From assembly GCA_902783455.1 (NCBI GenBank), contig CACZRH010000207.1:1-41150 (forward strand): a DNA stretch of 41,150 nucleotides, given 5' to 3'. Position 1 is the first letter of the stretch; every line of letters begins with the position of its first letter. A model generated the notes under the pieces. It was not told where the DNA came from and made no database searches. It saw only the letters and a list, made by a program, of their open reading frames with translations. The DNA is from an uncultured Lachnospiraceae bacterium. GTDB taxonomy: Bacteria > Bacillota > Clostridia > Lachnospirales > Lachnospiraceae. Of the stretch, positions 1 to 8,572 are shown one piece after another. The translations under genes and the position numbers were made by a program.

Positions 1-475
1 AATGCGAATGGCCATGGCGGGTTTTGTACTGAAAAATACCGTCAGCGAGAATGGAACCGTAACGCGCGGTGTCTGCATCGGCAATGAAAATAATATTCTG
101 ACAGGCGTAATCGAATCCAGGGATATCGCCATCCGGGACGGAAAAGCAGTGACGTCCACGGAGGAATCCAAGGAAATTATTTCGCCGGACAGCATTGTTT
201 CCATGAACATGTGGGCATGTGATACGGATTTTCTGGATGTGCTTGAAGAGAATTTTATCCGTTTTCTGAAAGACGATTCCAAAGATCCGCTGAAAAAGGA
301 ATTCCTGGTTCCGGTATTGATTGATTCCCTGATTAAGGAAGGAAAGGCAAATGTAGCGATTCTTCCGACAGATGACAAGTGGATCGGGATTACCTATCAG
401 GAAGATACCGAAGCGGCCAGAGCGGAGTTTAACCGCATGGTGAAAGAAGGAATATATCCTGCGGCTCTTTGGTAA
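1..475 (+). CDS. Sugar-phosphate nucleotidyltransferase family protein, C-terminal part (5' truncated)
   Basis: Frame open from the window edge; motifs LKNTVSENGTVTRGVC, VSMNMW, EFLVP and WIGITYQED match the C-terminal half of this NTP-transferase subfamily. Confidence 0.75.
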   Translation, partial: MRMAMAGFVLKNTVSENGTVTRGVCIGNENNILTGVIESRDIAIRDGKAVTSTEESKEIISPDSIVSMNMWACDTDFLDVLEENFIRFLKDDSKDPLKKEFLVPVLIDSLIKEGKANVAILPTDDKWIGITYQEDTEAARAEFNRMVKEGIYPAALW

Positions 476-542
476 CAGGAATGTATATTTAAATAATCCG
501 GAAATGATCTTAAGAAAAAGTCGGAAAAGATTGGAATTTTTT

Positions 543-1745
543 ATGGAACAGCCAGCAATTCTCGGGGGTACCCCGGTAAGAGAAGAAAGAATATATTACG
601 GATGTCAGTGGATCGGCGAGGATGATGTAGAAGCCGTAAGTAAGGTATTAACCGGCAGTCTTATCACCTGCGGTCCCATGGTAAGCCGTCTGGAAAAGGA
701 GCTTGCCGAGTACTGCGGTGCAAAATATGCGGTTGCGGTATCCAACGGAACAGCGGCACTTCACTGTGCATGTATCGCGGCCGGATTAAAGGAAGGCGAT
801 GAGGTCATTACGACACCGCTTACCTTTGCCGCCAGTGCAAACTGTGCTCTGTATGTCGGTGCAAAACCTGTATTTGCGGATATTAATCCGGAAACCTATA
901 ATATCGATCCGAAGAGCATTCGGGAGCACATTACGGAAAAAACAAAAGCAATTGTGGCAGTGGATTTTACCGGTCAGTGTGTGGAGCAGGAAGAGATTCG
1001 TGCAATCTGTGATGAGTATCATCTGGTATTTATCGAGGATGCGGCGCATGCAATCGGAAGCGCATATGACGGAAAGAAAGTCGGTTCCTTAGCGGACATG
1101 ACATGTTTCAGTTTTCATCCGGTAAAAACGATCACATCCGGAGAAGGCGGAGCCATTACCACCAATAATGAAGAATATTATAAGCGTCTGGTGCTTGCGC
1201 ATACCCACGGAATTACGCATGATGAAGAAATGATGGAAGATGCACCCCATGAGGGACGCTGGGTATACGAGCAGATTTCGCTTGGATATAATTATCGTAT
1301 GACGGATTTCCAGGCAGCACTTTTAGTCAGCCAGTTAAAAAAGCTGGAGTCATTTAAGGCACGCAGACGGGAAATCGTAGAGCGCTATAATGAAGCATTT
1401 AAGGGCCTTCCCGGAATCATTGTTCAAAAGGAAATTGAAAAATCCGATACCTGCCGTCATTTATACATTATCCGGCTGGATTTGGATAAACTGACCTGCA
1501 CAAGAAGAGAGTTCTTTGATGCGATGAGTGCCGAGAATGTTCAGTGCCAGGTGCATTATGTTCCGGTTTATTATTTCCCGTATTACAGACATTTGGGATA
1601 TAAACAGGGACTTTGTCCGAATGCGGAAGAAGTCTATAAAGGAATCATGAGTATTCCGCTTTATCCGAAATTATCCGATGCGGAGGTAGAGGATACGATT
1701 CATGCGGTAAAGAAGGTGCATGACTGGTATCTGAAGAGAGACTGA
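543..1745 (+). CDS. DegT/DnrJ/EryC1/StrS PLP aminotransferase, PseC/SpsC-like (UDP-4-amino-4,6-dideoxy-HexNAc transaminase)
   Basis: VSNGTAALH, IEDAAHAIG, FSFHPVKTITSGEGG (PLP Lys), LGYNYRMTDFQAA; N-terminal YG-Q-I-EDD is PseC-like. ATG 543 is the likely start (ORF open from 504). Confidence 0.85.
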   Translation: MEQPAILGGTPVREERIYYGCQWIGEDDVEAVSKVLTGSLITCGPMVSRLEKELAEYCGAKYAVAVSNGTAALHCACIAAGLKEGDEVITTPLTFAASANCALYVGAKPVFADINPETYNIDPKSIREHITEKTKAIVAVDFTGQCVEQEEIRAICDEYHLVFIEDAAHAIGSAYDGKKVGSLADMTCFSFHPVKTITSGEGGAITTNNEEYYKRLVLAHTHGITHDEEMMEDAPHEGRWVYEQISLGYNYRMTDFQAALLVSQLKKLESFKARRREIVERYNEAFKGLPGIIVQKEIEKSDTCRHLYIIRLDLDKLTCTRREFFDAMSAENVQCQVHYVPVYYFPYYRHLGYKQGLCPNAEEVYKGIMSIPLYPKLSDAEVEDTIHAVKKVHDWYLKRD

Positions 1746-1791
1746 GGACGGCAGGTTTTGAAAAGAGTTTTGAAATAACATTTAGAAAATT

Positions 1792-3495
1792 TCAGGGATT
1801 GACGGTGAAACCGTCACCCGGTGTGGTTCCTCGCAGGGAGTAGTAGAATTCGTAAGGTCCTGCGGGGAATTTTTCATATCCGGTCTGATCTCCGGAAACG
1901 GGTTTATAAAAGGTCAGCCCGTTTACGGTGTAGCTTTCGGTCGGATATTCTTCGTAAGGTTCGGCTGTAACATAGTAAGGATCACGGATATGGGAAATGC
2001 ATTCGCGGGCTGTCGTAAACGACTTAAAAAGAATGAAGCCGGCGAAGCCGAGGCAGAGCCCGATTGTAACAATCCGGTGAAATACACGAAAAGTCTTTGT
2101 CCGTTCGGCGGTATCCTTAAAAAACGCAACATAGAGAAAGCCCAGAGCGCTGAATCCGGGAAGAATGACAAATGCATATCCGTAGCGAACAAGCGGAGCT
2201 GCGAAAAACCACAGGAAAAAGGATGCACAAAGGGTTACACAAAGAAGGAGGAAGCTTAAAAGAAGCTTCTTTTTTTCGTTGTCTTTTTTTCGAAAGGCAA
2301 GTACGGGAAAAATCAGAAACGAGAATAAAATTCCGAGTGCATCAAGAACCAAAAAGCCTTTGTTCGGAAGGCTTTCCGCACGAAACCAGTGAGGGAACCA
2401 TTCCGAAAAGGTTGCATTATAGTTTCCGAGTTCCGGGATTCGCTGGCCCCAGAATTTGATTTCCGCCGCATCCCTTGCTGCGGCCTCGGCCGGAACCTGC
2501 CAGTCCGGATGCAGAAATCCCAGCATGGTCGACGGATAAAGCGGCCAGCCGGAAAGCAGATAGCCGCGAATCAGCGTGGGAAGCAAAACCAACAGTCCCA
2601 GGCAGATAAAGGTAATAATCTGACCGGCTTTCTTTTCTTTGATTAGGGTAATAAGCGGTTTTATTACCAGCAATACCATAAGTCCCGCGGAAAATTTAAG
2701 AGTGATGGCAAAAAGCGCAAGAACGGAGAGCAGGGCATACGGCACATGGGATTTTTCATCGTCCTCAAGAAGCGTGACATAGCGGTAAACCAGGAAAAAT
2801 ACGACAGAGGTCGCAAAGAAATCCGATGCCGGTGCAACCACTTCAAAGAGAACCAGTGTGATGTAATAAAAGATTCCGATCCGGATAAAATCAGAGAATC
2901 GGATTTGTTTTTTTACGGCAATCTCATACAGTTTTATGCAGGGCGTAAAAAGCAGCAGAAGAAAATATCCTGCCATGCAGTGCATCGGCTGCATTTTGGT
3001 CCAGGAGAAGGAAAAAAGAGCGGATAATGCAAATGCTGCGGAATTATAACCGAGACGGAAATGAAATAACGCAAGCCCTTTGACAACCCCGTATTCCTCA
3101 ATCCAACGGATGGCCTGTGCATGATAGAGCGAGGTGTCATATGCCATATATCCTCTGGAGGATGCATAGGCAAAAAGGAGAATACCGATGAATAAAAGAA
3201 TCCATTCAATCAGCGGTTTTTTGCGGTTTTTAAAAGCCGCCGGAATATGCTTTATGCTGAATGCAAAGGACAAAACGGCGATTGGAATCAAAAGGAAAAA
3301 TGCGAGTGAGGAGACTTTTGAAAAGAGGGAAAAAATCTGGGCATATACGGTCAGAAAAACAAGCCCCGTCAAAATGTACGAAGAAAGGTACCGGATTTCA
3401 TAATGCAGACAATTTGTAAAAAAATTCAGTCCGCAGAAACCAATCGGAAATGCAAGTATGGTGACTACTGCCCATGTGCCTAAAACCGAAAGCAT
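1792..3495 (-). CDS. Multi-TM membrane protein, LIC_10190-like, putative GT-C glycosyltransferase
   Basis: Many hydrophobic helices; loop motif YDTSLYHAQAIRWIEEYG..KGL..H.RLGYNS, plus TLKFS, SGWPLYP and APLVRYG; RBS AAAGGAG upstream on the - strand. Confidence 0.65.
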   Translation of the reverse strand: MLSVLGTWAVVTILAFPIGFCGLNFFTNCLHYEIRYLSSYILTGLVFLTVYAQIFSLFSKVSSLAFFLLIPIAVLSFAFSIKHIPAAFKNRKKPLIEWILLFIGILLFAYASSRGYMAYDTSLYHAQAIRWIEEYGVVKGLALFHFRLGYNSAAFALSALFSFSWTKMQPMHCMAGYFLLLLFTPCIKLYEIAVKKQIRFSDFIRIGIFYYITLVLFEVVAPASDFFATSVVFFLVYRYVTLLEDDEKSHVPYALLSVLALFAITLKFSAGLMVLLVIKPLITLIKEKKAGQIITFICLGLLVLLPTLIRGYLLSGWPLYPSTMLGFLHPDWQVPAEAAARDAAEIKFWGQRIPELGNYNATFSEWFPHWFRAESLPNKGFLVLDALGILFSFLIFPVLAFRKKDNEKKKLLLSFLLLCVTLCASFFLWFFAAPLVRYGYAFVILPGFSALGFLYVAFFKDTAERTKTFRVFHRIVTIGLCLGFAGFILFKSFTTARECISHIRDPYYVTAEPYEEYPTESYTVNGLTFYKPVSGDQTGYEKFPAGPYEFYYSLRGTTPGDGFTVNP

Positions 3496-3527
3496 GTACC
3501 GCTCCTTTCAAAAAATTAATCGCGATT

Positions 3528-3536
3528 ATTATAGCA
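3528..3536 (-). promoter_or_regulatory. Putative extended -10 promoter (TGcTATAAT) for the 1792..3495 gene
   Basis: Reverse complement reads TGCTATAAT; the -35 is poor (TTTCTA at 17 bp). Confidence 0.5.
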
Positions 3537-3577
3537 TAGAATCAGGATTTTAGAAATGCAGTACACGTTGCATTCAT

Positions 3578-3606
3578 TTGCATTGCGTTATGCCCTAATG
3601 TATAAT
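3578..3606 (+). promoter_or_regulatory. Putative sigma70/SigA promoter
   Basis: TTGCAT(3578-3583)-17 bp-TATAAT(3601-3606), upstream of the 3645 gene. Confidence 0.7.
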
Positions 3607-3644
3607 GGACTGGTGATATTTTCATTTCAGGGAGCGGCAGGAAA

Positions 3645-5495
3645 TTGAAAAATAAAGCAGGTTTTTTCATACTACCCGTGATCTATGTTGTTTTTTCTGC
3701 GATGGGACTATTTTATTTATTCAAAGCAACGGCGGGGAACGGGTTTGAAGCGGGAAGCTTTCTATGGACGGTTCCCGCCTTGTTAATTGCTGTTTTCATC
3801 ATCAGAAGATGCATGAAAAAGGGAATTCTGCATTTCTCCGCATTTGACCGAAGAAGAATCATTTTTTCCGCAATTTTTTCCTTTTTGCTGGCATGCGCTT
3901 TCTTTGCGGGATATTATATGCGCTATTATTATATGACTCCGCCGGGCCTTAAAGGCAAAATCGCAATTCTTTGCAGGAGTCTGTTTTTGGGGATGTTTTT
4001 CTTTCCGATGATGGACCGGATTTTTATGCTGTCGGACAGGATCGGTATTAAATCCATTGAGAAAGCCCAAAGCGAACCGGAGGATGCGGCGCAAAAAAAG
4101 AAGAATCTGCCTGTTTCAGCAGCCTTTTTGCTGTCCTGGGGAATGATTTTTGTTCTTTGGATTCCCGTATTTTTAGCCTATTATCCGGCCATTATGTCCT
4201 ATGATTCCAACAGACAGTTTCAGGAAGCATATAACAAAATCTTCTGGGAGCTTCAGCCGATAGTACATACCTGGATGATACGGATGGCGCTCTTACTGGG
4301 TGAAAAAATCGGCTCCTATGAAATCGGAATGTCCGTCTATACACTGCTGCAGATGCTTGTTTTGTCGGCATCGATTGCATATGCGGTTTCCTTTATTTAT
4401 GAACTGTTTCATAAAAAACGGATTATTTTCTTAATCAGTGCATTCTTCGGGATTTTCCCCGTGTTCTCCGTGCTTGCCATGGTAGTAACCAAGGATATCT
4501 TTTTCTCAGCGTTTTTCCTGTTTTTGACAGTCCTGTCCGTAAAGCGGTTTTTGAAGAAACCGAAGAATCCGGTGCTTTATGATATCGCCATGATTGCCTG
4601 CGCGGTTTTGATGACAGTCTTTCGGAAGAACGGAATATACGGAGTCGCTTTTTTTGCGGTATTATACCTGATTGCCATGAAAAAAGAGAGAATTCATATT
4701 CTGATTCTCTGTATTCTTATGGTGGCAGCGGGGTTTGCGGGAATGCATCTGACGCGTCTTGCGCTTAGTGCCGCGCCCGGACCGAAAACGGAGATGTTTT
4801 CCGTACCGATTCAGCAGATGGGACATGTGGCATTCTTCCAAAGGGATTCCCTGTCGGTAGACGAGCTTTCGACTCTGGAATATTATCTGCCCGGTTCCAC
4901 GACAAATTGGGAATCCTTTAATATCACTCTTGCGGATTCCCAGAAATCCTCTGCGAATCCGGATGCCTGGACAAAAATTCCGAAGATGATAAAAGACTGG
5001 TTTTATTTCGCGGTCCGCTATCCGGATGATTATATCGATGCTTACTTAGGTCTGACTTCCGGCTATTATTTTCCGGACGATGTTTCCATCTCGCAGCATT
5101 TGGGATACGGCAGGGAGAATATGAGAGGGTTAATCGAAACCTTTAATGCATCCAAACCCCTTGACGAAAGCTTTCCCGGTGTTGTCTCCGTTTCAAAAAT
5201 CCCGGCTCTGCAGTATCTTTTGGAGGGGATGGTCAGCGATGAGCAGTATTTAAACTGGCCGCTTCTTTCGGTACTGTTTCGGCCTTCCGTCTATTGCTGG
5301 GCGGCATTTGTGCTGTATGGAATTTTATTATACAAAAAACGCTACCGCGAATTTGCGGCAGCGTCGCTTCAGCTTGCTTATTTTATTACGGTGGCCATGG
5401 GACCTGTTGCGAATATCCGGTATGTATTCCAACTTATGATCGGTCTGCCGGTACTTCTTTCTTTCGTTTTAATTTCCCTGCGAGAAAAAGAATAA
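3645..5495 (+). CDS. DUF6020-like multi-TM protein, putative GT-C glycosyltransferase (paralog 1)
   Basis: TTG start after GGGAG/AGGA; motifs YPAIMSYDS..Q, QPIVHT, KDIFFS, FRKNG, EMFSVPIQQ and IRY; large soluble loop before the C-terminal TMs. Confidence 0.7.
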   Translation: MKNKAGFFILPVIYVVFSAMGLFYLFKATAGNGFEAGSFLWTVPALLIAVFIIRRCMKKGILHFSAFDRRRIIFSAIFSFLLACAFFAGYYMRYYYMTPPGLKGKIAILCRSLFLGMFFFPMMDRIFMLSDRIGIKSIEKAQSEPEDAAQKKKNLPVSAAFLLSWGMIFVLWIPVFLAYYPAIMSYDSNRQFQEAYNKIFWELQPIVHTWMIRMALLLGEKIGSYEIGMSVYTLLQMLVLSASIAYAVSFIYELFHKKRIIFLISAFFGIFPVFSVLAMVVTKDIFFSAFFLFLTVLSVKRFLKKPKNPVLYDIAMIACAVLMTVFRKNGIYGVAFFAVLYLIAMKKERIHILILCILMVAAGFAGMHLTRLALSAAPGPKTEMFSVPIQQMGHVAFFQRDSLSVDELSTLEYYLPGSTTNWESFNITLADSQKSSANPDAWTKIPKMIKDWFYFAVRYPDDYIDAYLGLTSGYYFPDDVSISQHLGYGRENMRGLIETFNASKPLDESFPGVVSVSKIPALQYLLEGMVSDEQYLNWPLLSVLFRPSVYCWAAFVLYGILLYKKRYREFAAASLQLAYFITVAMGPVANIRYVFQLMIGLPVLLSFVLISLREKE

Positions 5496-6525
5496 GCTTT
5501 TTCAATGCTTCCAGAATTACGGAAAACAAAAGAGATACCAAAACCAGAAGCAGGAAGGTAATTCCGGCATAACGGAAGCGGAAAATCAAATCCCGGTAAA
5601 GAATCAGATAAAAGAAGGTATGTACAAAATACATATTCATGGAATGCTTTCCGAGGAATGCAAACACCTGTTTAATCCCCGGAATTGCGGCAAGTGTATC
5701 GCCGGCAAAAAGAATGATTCCAAACGCGAAAAACGCATCCGCCAGATAGAGCATATTTGCCTGTACAAATTCATTTTCCCTTGCAAAAACGGAGAATACA
5801 AGAAAAGCAATTTCGATTATAATGCGCAGCGCAAACGGTACTTTGCAGTTTAGAATCTTCTCGATTAAATTTGTGTAGGAAATAAAAATTCCGAATGCCA
5901 TGACGAAAAAATACCGGGAAATATCGTTTCCCATAGGCAGTAAAAACGGCAGCAGAAAGGCAACTCCCAAAAAGGAGCTGCCTGTTTTTTTGCAAAAACA
6001 GGTAAGAAGAGGAACGATAAATACCAGCGTATAAGCCAAAGCCATATACCACCAGGTCATATTCATGGTCGGGGTATTAAAGAACTGGGAAAGAGATGTC
6101 GCATCCGCGAAAAATGCCAGAATTCCTTGTTTTCCCGGTCCGTAAAGGGATGCGTAATCGAAATAACGAAACCAAAGCAGGTTTACCGTTACAAACACGA
6201 TTAAGAAGTTCAAAAAGAGTTTCAAAGCCCGTTTCAAAGTGCCGTTATACGCTTCCTTCAAGGTCAGATTTTCTTTTTGAAAGAGTCCGCGGGAGATTCC
6301 GTAAGCGGTCAGAAACACAAATACGGAGACACAGATATTTCCGAATTTGGCAAACAGCAGAAATAACTCCTCCGGAAGAGGGGCATGATTTACCTGCATC
6401 AGCACATTGTCCGACGGATTGGAAAAAAGATGATAAAAAAGCATCAGAAGAATTGCGACTCCCTTTGCTGTTTCGGAAGATTCCTTTGGAAATGTTCGTC
6501 TTACATTTGTAGTTTGATCCGTCAT
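5434..6525 (-). CDS. Acyltransferase-3 (AT3/OafA-like) membrane O-acyltransferase
   Basis: KGVAILLMLFYH, CVSVFVFLTAYG, WWYM, FLGKHSMNMYFVH; about 10 TMs; RBS GGAG before ATG 6525, 2 bp after the upstream stop. Confidence 0.85.
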   Translation of the reverse strand: MTDQTTNVRRTFPKESSETAKGVAILLMLFYHLFSNPSDNVLMQVNHAPLPEELFLLFAKFGNICVSVFVFLTAYGISRGLFQKENLTLKEAYNGTLKRALKLFLNFLIVFVTVNLLWFRYFDYASLYGPGKQGILAFFADATSLSQFFNTPTMNMTWWYMALAYTLVFIVPLLTCFCKKTGSSFLGVAFLLPFLLPMGNDISRYFFVMAFGIFISYTNLIEKILNCKVPFALRIIIEIAFLVFSVFARENEFVQANMLYLADAFFAFGIILFAGDTLAAIPGIKQVFAFLGKHSMNMYFVHTFFYLILYRDLIFRFRYAGITFLLLVLVSLLFSVILEALKKLILFLAGKLKRKKEVPADRS

Positions 6526-6527
6526 GG

Positions 6528-8369
6528 TTAATTCTCCGTTTGTTGATTTTGGCTGATTAAGATCAATACATAACTGAACGGAAGTCCTGCAAGTAAGGGC
6601 AGTGCATATCTCGGATGACCGAGGAAGCAGGGAGATGCAAGACATACTAAAAAGCCAATCCAGTAGGGAAGAAGAGTAAGTGTTTCCTTCTTTTTGTAGG
6701 CGGTGCAAAAAGCAGTCAGAAATGCCAGCAGCCAGAAAGCAAAGCCGGGATTTTCCATAAGACCGAACGGGAATGCGCGGTGGGCAAACCGGTAAAGGAA
6801 TATCATACCCTTGCCTGCCAAAGGATGAAGCATGCTGCTTTTTATGGTTTCATAATCCGTTTCGTAACGGATTTCATTTGCGGTATTCGGACAATACCAT
6901 CCGTATGTGTGGATGAAAAATGCTTTCGCATAAACAAAGGGATGCCGGATGCCACCTTTGAAATAAGCTTTTATGTAAGTAAGAATTGCGCCCGTGGAGG
7001 CGTCTTTTTTAAAATGTGCTTTGACCGGATCGGCGATGGTTTCATCGTAACTGTTCATAACCTCATCCGGGTCACCCAGTACTCCTTCGATTGCCGATAA
7101 TTCGTCTTTCGGAATATTACCGTCGAAGGTATTTAAGTAATAGGAGGTCTGCTGGAACGGAAGGGATAAGATTTCGCCCTTACTGCCTTTTTCTGCATGC
7201 AGCAAAAGCCCCGCAGGGATCAGTATAATCTGTGAAATCAGAATGCCTTCCAGCAAAAATAATCCCAGATAACGAAGAAATGCCGGAAATGATTTTGCCT
7301 TTCCCGAAAGGTATATCATAGCTCCCGTTCCGCAAAGGATAACAAGCGGAAGTCCGTTATTTCGCATGGTAATCGTGCCAATCTGGGAAATCACAAAGAG
7401 CAGGCGAAATACCGGGCGGCGGGAGTATTCCGGCTTCGTCAGCAATATGGAATACAAAATGATATACAGCAATACGAATGCGGTATAGGGAACGTCCTTT
7501 AATGCAGTCGTTGCGAGGTTCGTATAAATCGGGGTAAAGCAGTAAAGAAACAAAATTCCCCAAAGTACTGCGGAATTTACCTTCTTTTTTGCAAGGATCG
7601 CGATTACGGTCGAAAAGGCTGCAATCAAAAGTGCGCTCTGGATCAGAATATAAAGAAACAGTCCGATTTCGTAAGAGGAAAAAAGCTGTTTTCCAAGTGC
7701 CGTCATTCCGCCGACTAAGAGGGTATGAAGAAGCGGATGGTGGGAAGAATAGGAATGCGTGAGCACCTGTTCAATCTGTCCGATTACGTCATAGCAAAGG
7801 TTCCCGGGAAAGCTTATGATGCAAAAAGGCAGATAAAACAGGAAGAGAATCAGAAATGCTTTTGTAAATGCATGCTTTTCCCAAAAGGATTTACCGTTTT
7901 TTAATAAAACGGTGGCAGCGGATCTGTTTAATTTTTCGGCAATAAAAACCAGAGCCGGAAAGCAAAGCAGGAAAAAACCGGTCATACAGAAAACAAATTT
8001 AATTCCGTTTGCGAAGGAGCCGGTTCGAAAAAGATTTGTTCCGGCCTCATTGTAGTATTTTCCAAGTGTATAGGAAAAACCAAAAAACAGGCTTAAGAAA
8101 AAGAACGGAAGGATTTCTTTTTTGAAAATGTTGGAAAAGAGATTCCCAAATGTATAGCCCCGTTTTGCGAGCATATAAAAAAGCAGAAGGCAAAGAGCGA
8201 ATACGATGAATGCGCTGAAGCTGTATTCGCCGAGCAATTCGTATATGTTTGCGGTAATATAATCGACACCCTCTACATAGTATTCTCTGTAAATCGGCGG
8301 ATGAAATACCGTAATCAGGGAATATGTACTTAAACAGCCGGCAATCCCGGGAAGAATATATTTTTTCAT
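6528..8369 (-). CDS. DUF6020-like multi-TM protein, putative GT-C glycosyltransferase (paralog 2)
   Basis: FPGNLCYD..GQ, SSHHPLLHT, KDVPYT, MRNNG, EILSLPFQQ, ADPVK, PRY. Confidence 0.7.
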   Translation of the reverse strand: MKKYILPGIAGCLSTYSLITVFHPPIYREYYVEGVDYITANIYELLGEYSFSAFIVFALCLLLFYMLAKRGYTFGNLFSNIFKKEILPFFFLSLFFGFSYTLGKYYNEAGTNLFRTGSFANGIKFVFCMTGFFLLCFPALVFIAEKLNRSAATVLLKNGKSFWEKHAFTKAFLILFLFYLPFCIISFPGNLCYDVIGQIEQVLTHSYSSHHPLLHTLLVGGMTALGKQLFSSYEIGLFLYILIQSALLIAAFSTVIAILAKKKVNSAVLWGILFLYCFTPIYTNLATTALKDVPYTAFVLLYIILYSILLTKPEYSRRPVFRLLFVISQIGTITMRNNGLPLVILCGTGAMIYLSGKAKSFPAFLRYLGLFLLEGILISQIILIPAGLLLHAEKGSKGEILSLPFQQTSYYLNTFDGNIPKDELSAIEGVLGDPDEVMNSYDETIADPVKAHFKKDASTGAILTYIKAYFKGGIRHPFVYAKAFFIHTYGWYCPNTANEIRYETDYETIKSSMLHPLAGKGMIFLYRFAHRAFPFGLMENPGFAFWLLAFLTAFCTAYKKKETLTLLPYWIGFLVCLASPCFLGHPRYALPLLAGLPFSYVLILISQNQQTEN

Positions 8370-8411
8370 TTTTTCCCAAACCCATTGAATTGTATGTGGA
8401 CATACACATTC

Positions 8412-8440
8412 ATTATACGAATTTCGATGCGTTTATTCAA
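8412..8440 (-). promoter_or_regulatory. Putative sigma70/SigA promoter for the DUF6020-AT3 operon
   Basis: Reverse complement reads TTGAAT-17 bp-TATAAT. Confidence 0.7.
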
Positions 8441-8572
8441 GAAGCGAAAATGAGGAGGCAAATCCGGTTTTCGTGACAAAACAGGTCCTTTGGGGACGGA
8501 ATCTGTCAGTTTTGGGTGGAATTAAAAGGGAAAAAATGGTAATATAATAATTTGGGAGAAAAGGATTCAGTC

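Noticed and set aside
8451-8510. GGCAAA...GTGA-loop hairpin...GGACGGAA, resembling a c-di-GMP-I (GEMM) riboswitch
   Set aside because: The GACGCAAA segment and P3 stem do not follow P2 as required, and no promoter is placed to transcribe it; an Infernal search with the c-di-GMP-I model would settle it
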